Of a stretch of 64,000 nucleotides of DNA, positions 57,897-64,000 are shown piece after piece (the stretch's first letter is position 1; each line of letters begins with the position of its first letter). The DNA lies in the NCBI GenBank assembly GCA_051362555.1, contig CM120649.1, positions 8,432,001-8,496,000 on the forward strand, written 5' to 3'. A program made the position numbers and the translations under genes. Below the pieces are notes generated by a model, which saw nothing but the letters and a program-made list of their open reading frames with translations, was not told the DNA's origin and did not search any database. This DNA is from Lingula anatina. Lineage: Eukaryota; Animalia; Brachiopoda.

Positions 57897-59393
57897 GATA
57901 AATTTATGATTAACTTATGTCCACTGAATGATAAAAACATTACATTTATATTTTTATAGTAACATATTATAAAGATCTATAATTAGGTCACTTCAAATAA
58001 TATCATGCATTCATTAGCTAGAATCCTGAATGGAAACTTTTTAAAAAGAAAATATCATTCTAGTTAGAAAACAAAAAAGACTTGTTAATGAGGTTAAGAA
58101 TATGAGTATGATGTATTGGTGACAAGTAGATCACAGGCTATAGGACTGTCCTGTGGCTGTCATCTAAGGGACACTCTAGACTTGTTGACCGGCTGTCCTC
58201 ACAACACCTGTATGTCCACCTGGTGTGGCTGTCAGGCCAGTGCTGCTCTTGACCCTTCTCATTCTTTTTTTCATGTCTTTCTTTAATATGTTGTAGAGTA
58301 TTATAATCAGGATGCCACAAATGAAGTAAATATTAAAGGCACTTGTGCTTCATTATCTAGTCATTGTACTGAGATAATGTTGTCTTCTGTTGGTTATAAA
58401 CCTCAGGTGCCACATGTAGCTGTGAGAATTAACCAGACCGATAAAACTAAATCATCACAAATTAAATGCATTTTTTTATAGCAAGTGCCAATATGAGCCT
58501 GTTTTATGTGTCAGAAATATGTCATGTGTTCAGCATATATTTAGCATTTTTTGGAACTCTCAAGAACACCGGTAACTTCAGCAGCCATGTTGAACAATTG
58601 CCCAATATTCATTTATGCTGGTCAGAAGTTGCGAAACAGAATGACAAATTTTTATATGTTTATAAATTATGTGTAATCTTCATATGTGTATACATTATGT
58701 GACATGATTCATGGAAGATAGTCTAAAGATGGATGTGTTGTCCTGGTCGCACCCTTCTTCTAAACAACATTTTCGTCAACGTGTGTGCGTTCCCCTGTCC
58801 TGGCAGTATGTCTCACTGAGAGGGTCTCTGATGGTGATGGGGTCTGTCACGCTATCAGTGTGTACCTCAACATAGGATGTCACAGGTGGAACCTTTGTTT
58901 TTGTTTGTTTTTGTCATTATAAATAACATTAGGTTTAGTTTGACAACTTTCATATACCAGGAAATAACACACCTTTATTCTGTTTTATTGTGCTAACACC
59001 AGAGGACAGTTAAATAGTTGTTGGTTAGATTTAAGCTGAGTATGTATGCTTAGTTTATTTTGATTTTATTACACCAGTGTTTAAAAAAAACATTAATTCA
59101 ACCCCCTCATAAGATTGTGTACTATGGCACCAATTTTTTGTTTGTTTATTTGTTTGTTTGTTTGTTTTTTCCAAACAAATCCATTTTCTCTGCTCTCCTT
59201 GGTCTAGATATGTAAACTATGTGACATCATTTACTTGTTCGCTCATGGTAGGCACTTATAATAAATATAACTTATGTAACTTATAATAAGTTTAATCATT
59301 CCTTATGGTGGACACTCTGCTCTGGATCAAAGATGTTACTGCAGAAAAAAATGGCAGATAAGCAGTATGAGGATATATATAACATTGAGTCTC

Positions 59394-59394
<1 letters not shown>

Positions 59395-59468
<74 letters not shown>
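59395..59468 (+). repeat. (TA)n microsatellite
   Basis: Direct inspection; source of the spurious YIYI ORFs. Confidence 0.95.
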
Positions 59469-59470
<2 letters not shown>

Positions 59471-59573
59471 AGAGAGAGGTAGTGAGGGACACAGAAAATG
59501 TAAGCATTCATCACAAATATCACCTAGCTGGTCTGGCATTTGCAAGCTAGTTTGTATGAATGTCATACAATTA

Positions 59574-59795
59574 GACCCCATTCCCATAGATTTAAGATCG
59601 ATCTATCCCTGTGGAGAGTCTCACTAGATCACTGTCAGCTTAGCCGGCTTAAGCGTCTGTCCCGCCTACTTAAAGCTGTAAAGGGGTAATTAACTATGGT
59701 GTGCTTTCGGCTGACTGCAATTTAGTGTGAACCCGGAAGTTAGGTTGATCTAAATCTTATTCTCTGGATCGATCTAAATCTCTGGGAATGCACCC
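59574..59795. mobile_element. PIF/Harbinger-like MITE family A
   Basis: 3-bp TSD TTA; termini GACCCCATTCCCA / TGGGAATGCACCC; very similar to the 54300 copy. Confidence 0.8.
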
Positions 59796-61940
59796 TTAGT
59801 TATATCTCTTTGACAGAAGCATGCATTGACCTCTGTAGCCAGTAAGCAAAGAGATTTTATAGCCATTGTGGCTACAACACCTATTTATTCTTTTAGATAC
59901 TTGACAACAAAGCATTCTCTGGACATAGATTTCTTTGAAAGAATTTTACAAATTTTATTCATCAGGTTTATGAATATGGTCATAATTGTTAGTAGTATAT
60001 ATTGCATAGAGGCAAAGCCACCACGTGCTTGAGGCAGCGACACATAAAAAAGAGCATTTACTGTATTAGTATGATATACGCTGTTCCTGGAGGACAATGT
60101 TCTAATAGCATCTTAAAGTATGTATTCATATGTGGAAGTTGACATATATCACCATAATATTGTCACCTAAGCCTTGCCTAGACTGGTGAAGAGCCGCAGT
60201 TAAGATGATATCTCACTCGATCAGCTCTGATCTCTGATGTGCCTGCTGTCATCTTCTCTGCTGTCACAGCCAACTTGATAGCTGAAGAGAGCACGGGCAA
60301 TGCTGGCTTTTTATCAGACCTGTAGACATGTATACAGATATTACATAGATCCTAGAGATTGTAACAAGAAACATTTTGGTTAAGTGTAGTAAAACATCAT
60401 ATTAGCAACCAGTTAAGTGAAGTAAAACACATCATTTTAGCTTGATATTTATTTCAAGTTGGAGAGAGGGTTCATTCAGTGAAATCAGATTATTATAATG
60501 CTGTCACTGTTAAAACATTATTCGGCAATTATAATATGTGTGGGAAGTGTGAATATAAATTTGGTGATGTTAGTAATAGGTTAAAATTGTTTTGAGGTAT
60601 AAATATTGACATTATCGCCAAAGCTTTTTATTTTTTTCTATTTTAATCTTTTCAAAACATTCACAAAATAACATATGACGCAGGAATCAGCTTTTTAACT
60701 TTTTTTAATCAACTGAAACTGGTGAAATTGTGTTTTGCATAAAACCAGTATTTTGTTTTTCTTTGTTTTGTATAATTGTGTAAATTTGTTTCAGTAGTCA
60801 CAGGGTGCTAGGTGATCTTTTTTTTTTTTTTTTTTTCCAATCCTATTTCTAAAAAAAGTATAAAAATGTTTATTTTCAAACCTTCATAATTGGGAAGATT
60901 AGCTAGGTTCATTATATTGTAAGCAGGAAATGCACTGCATCTGCGTTACTTTAGGAACTAAAATGTTATTTCTAGTCTAAAGCAAGAATCAAAGTAGAAG
61001 CCACATACCACGCATAATGATCATTAACTGCTGTGTATAACTTTAGATACGCTACACTGATGGCAATATTTCAGAGATAACGAAGTCTTGTGTTATGTGT
61101 CATCTGCCTGGAGCATATTTCTACCTTGGACGTTTATGTTCAGTTGTGTGCCAGCTATGGCGTGTGATGGTGTGTGAGAACAGTGCTGCCACCTGCATGG
61201 GGCACCAACTTCACTCTGCTCAACTGTTAATTAGCACTGGTACCCACTGAGGCAGATATTCTGTGACTAATTAAGATCTGTAATATTTTATACTTTTAAA
61301 ATAACTGTAGTCAAATTAAGTAAAAGTAAACCAGTTGCCGTGTATCATTCTGGCATGAAGTAATGTGATATTATTTAGGTCGTTAGTTTCCATTCCCCGA
61401 TGGCACCTGACAATTTGACAGCAGTTGGCAAAGAGGCTTAGAGATGAATAGGTCAAAGTTAAAGGGATAATAACTCTTCATATGAAATCTATACATGTAT
61501 TTCACAATAAAAACATTGTGAATAACTCATAGAAATATAATATATTCTGTTTTATGACGAAAACAGCAGTTATAGCGATTATTCTGATATCTGAGCTTGT
61601 CTTCAGACCACGTGACCTCCATTGATGGCTATACTCTGTTATAATCTCTTAAGAGATTTTAACAAAAAACCAAACTTTTTGGAAAAAAACCAGGGACTAA
61701 CTTTGATTGTAAAAATGGATTCATTAACCATTGGCAAGTATGGGAAAATTGTTGTTTACTCCAGGAAAATTCATTTTTGGCCAAAACGAAGAGTTATTAT
61801 CCCTTTAATGAGAGGACAACAGAATTTAGTCTATATATATATCAACACGTAAACTGCAGTGGTTACTTGTGCAGCACATGCTAGTCCCATTGTTCATACA
61901 GTCATTGAGCCTGAGTTTCATCCTGTATATTTAACACTAA

Positions 61941-62257
61941 GGGCGTGTTCCCAATGAACCTTTAATTGCTCTATGTAGATTGATCCAACTCTGCAGGGTT
62001 TCCTGCTGAATGCAGTCTGATAAACTGAATGACATGCCTCCTTAACCAGCTATAGAGAGTAATCAATTTTCATGTGCGTTCAGCTTCTGGAAGCTTTTTA
62101 TTTCATTTTAAGTGCAACCTAACACACACAAAAGTTAACCACATCTTAGTTGCTAAAGGAGGCATTTGTCACTCAGTTTATCAGATTGTATTCAGCGAGA
62201 GTACCCAAAGAGTTGGATTGAAATATGTAGAACCTTAGTTTTATTGGGAACATGCCT
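61941..62257. mobile_element. MITE family B
   Basis: GGGCGTGTTCCCAAT / ATTGGGAACATGCCT TIR; long internal foldback. Confidence 0.6.
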
Positions 62258-63565
62258 CAAGTGACTGAGGAGAAGGTTATAATATGACAATGCATGGTGA
62301 CTTTGTCTTTCTGTAGTACTAGTGTTGTATCTGCCAGGAGTGCAATGTGAGGACTTGATCATGATTTGTTTACATATTTCAAATGTAAAATCCTGAAAGT
62401 TTACCAGCTACAGTTACATTCCATTTAGTCACATTTATATTTGTCAAGGTGAACTATTTCAGTAAGAACTATATTCTGGCAATTTTGTAAAATTGTGCTT
62501 GTGCTTTGATAAGCAATAAGATAGGATAGTTTTCTAATTTCCCACTTAATATTATTCTTGCCAGAAAAGTGCTCAGACATTGCAATCTCTACCAAGAGAA
62601 ATAATTAACTAATAATAAAGTACTAATTAATCAATGGATCATCACTAAAATCTAATCATTTCTTTCTTGGATCCTTTGTGACATATCCTAAAAATTTCAT
62701 TAAAATCAGTACATGACTAATTATCTTTTGTCCAAAAAAATTTAACTTATACAATATATATTATTCCACAATAATAAAGAATCAAAGAATCAATGTTAAT
62801 TACTTACCATGACTTTAAGTTTTCATTGCCTTGCCTCTTCCACAAAAACAAGATTACTGATAATTTCCCAGTAACATCCACAAATAGCCTTCTTAGTTAC
62901 AGTATACTCTGGGCTTTCCTTCTAAAAGATGTCAACAAAATGACATCACAGGAGTCAGGGAGATGGCAATCAATCATATTGGTAGCAATCCAATACTCCA
63001 CAAGGAGAGTATCATGCCATGTAGATATGTGATGGAAAATGAGACCAATGCTTGTAACAGAGCTGCTAAATCCATACTGGCTCGAATGGTCAGTGAGTGG
63101 TCACCACATTTATGGACTTGACATCAATATGATATTTGATAGCTTCACACAATCAAACTGCCACCAAGGCCAGATCATTGTACTGACAGTGAGGACATTT
63201 CTGCAAACTCTGATACATTTCAATAATTCATCAATAGCCATGCAGACTTGCTACTGGCAAGCAGCTTTAGCTACAAAGCGGGTTGTGGTTTACTGGTAGG
63301 TTGTTCAGCAGGTCTGGTAGCAGGCGCAGGTGCAGCCGACGTTGAGGCAGGCTCAGGAGCGTATAATTGACCAAAAAAAATTAAGAAATCTCTAGAGACC
63401 CCACTGATAGTGCCCCCAGTACATGTAAGTAAATAGTCCAATAGTCACCCTTTTAAGTAGCCATATGTCATTTGCAGCGAAACTTTGTGATAAAGTCAGT
63501 ATGGTTATTAAGAAAGTAGGAGACCAGTAATTGAAAAGCCAGTTGACGGGAAATGAATGTCATGG

Positions 63566-63824
63566 TTAGAGTTCATCCATTTTTATTATCATAATTTGAC
63601 AAGTCTACAAACAGTATGCTTGGGTGGGTGGGGAAGTTTTATGCCCTGTGGACATTTTTAAAAAATGATAAAAATGATGATCCAAATTGCTGTCAAAGGT
63701 CATCATTTTTTGCTTTTCATCTTGTACAATCTGAAGGGGGGAGAGGGTCTGAAAAAGTCTACTCTTTGTACATGTGTGAAAACAGGCCTGAAGGGGAATG
63801 ATGATAAAATGGATGATCCCTTAA
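63566..63824. mobile_element. Degraded MITE-like element
   Basis: TCATCCATTTTTATTATCA versus TGATGATAAAATGGATGA imperfect TIR. Lies between about 50-bp direct repeats starting TTAAGAAAGTAGGRGACCAGTAATT (about 63508 and 63821). Confidence 0.4.
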
Positions 63825-64000
63825 GAAAGTAGGGGACCAGTAATTTGAGCCTGTTGACAGGGAATTAATGCAATCCCTTCTACATGTGCGCAGGAGCATG
63901 TACATGAACGTGTACACTCACATGCGACAGCAAGCAGGCAGTGCATCAGTGGTGCGTGGACCTTACTTTTCAGTACCATGATTCTCTTGTTCAAACACAA

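Noticed and set aside
59292-59627. YIYIYI ORFs
   Set aside because: Translations of the (TA)n microsatellite.

Overview
AT-rich animal (invertebrate, probably lophotrochozoan, by inference) genomic DNA with spliceosomal introns; not prokaryotic. The left end holds two tandem minus-strand GT10 alpha-1,3/4-fucosyltransferase paralogues, one with a single intron and one intronless. They are separated by a CACTA-type non-autonomous element carrying a SINE fragment. From 9384 onward a plus-strand three-CH-domain filamin (jitterbug/FLN-2 type) runs past the window end; I traced 21 phase-consistent exons by hand. I also found a duplicated alternative terminal exon (predicted 618-aa 3xCH+3xIg isoform) and three candidate internal first exons. 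Filamin intron 2 contains a 7.8-kb quasi-palindrome made of two head-to-head Helentron-associated (HINE/DINE-1-like) elements. They carry about 25 copies of a 146-bp satellite whose monomer stacks RORE, DR1, NBRE and SF1/ERR nuclear-receptor motifs; one arm holds a nested IS3EU-like MITE whose empty site is visible in the other arm. Other features are a 15-copy tandem array of the exon-5 splice donor, several MITE families with TSDs, and microsatellites. All coordinates were read by eye; no database searches were run.
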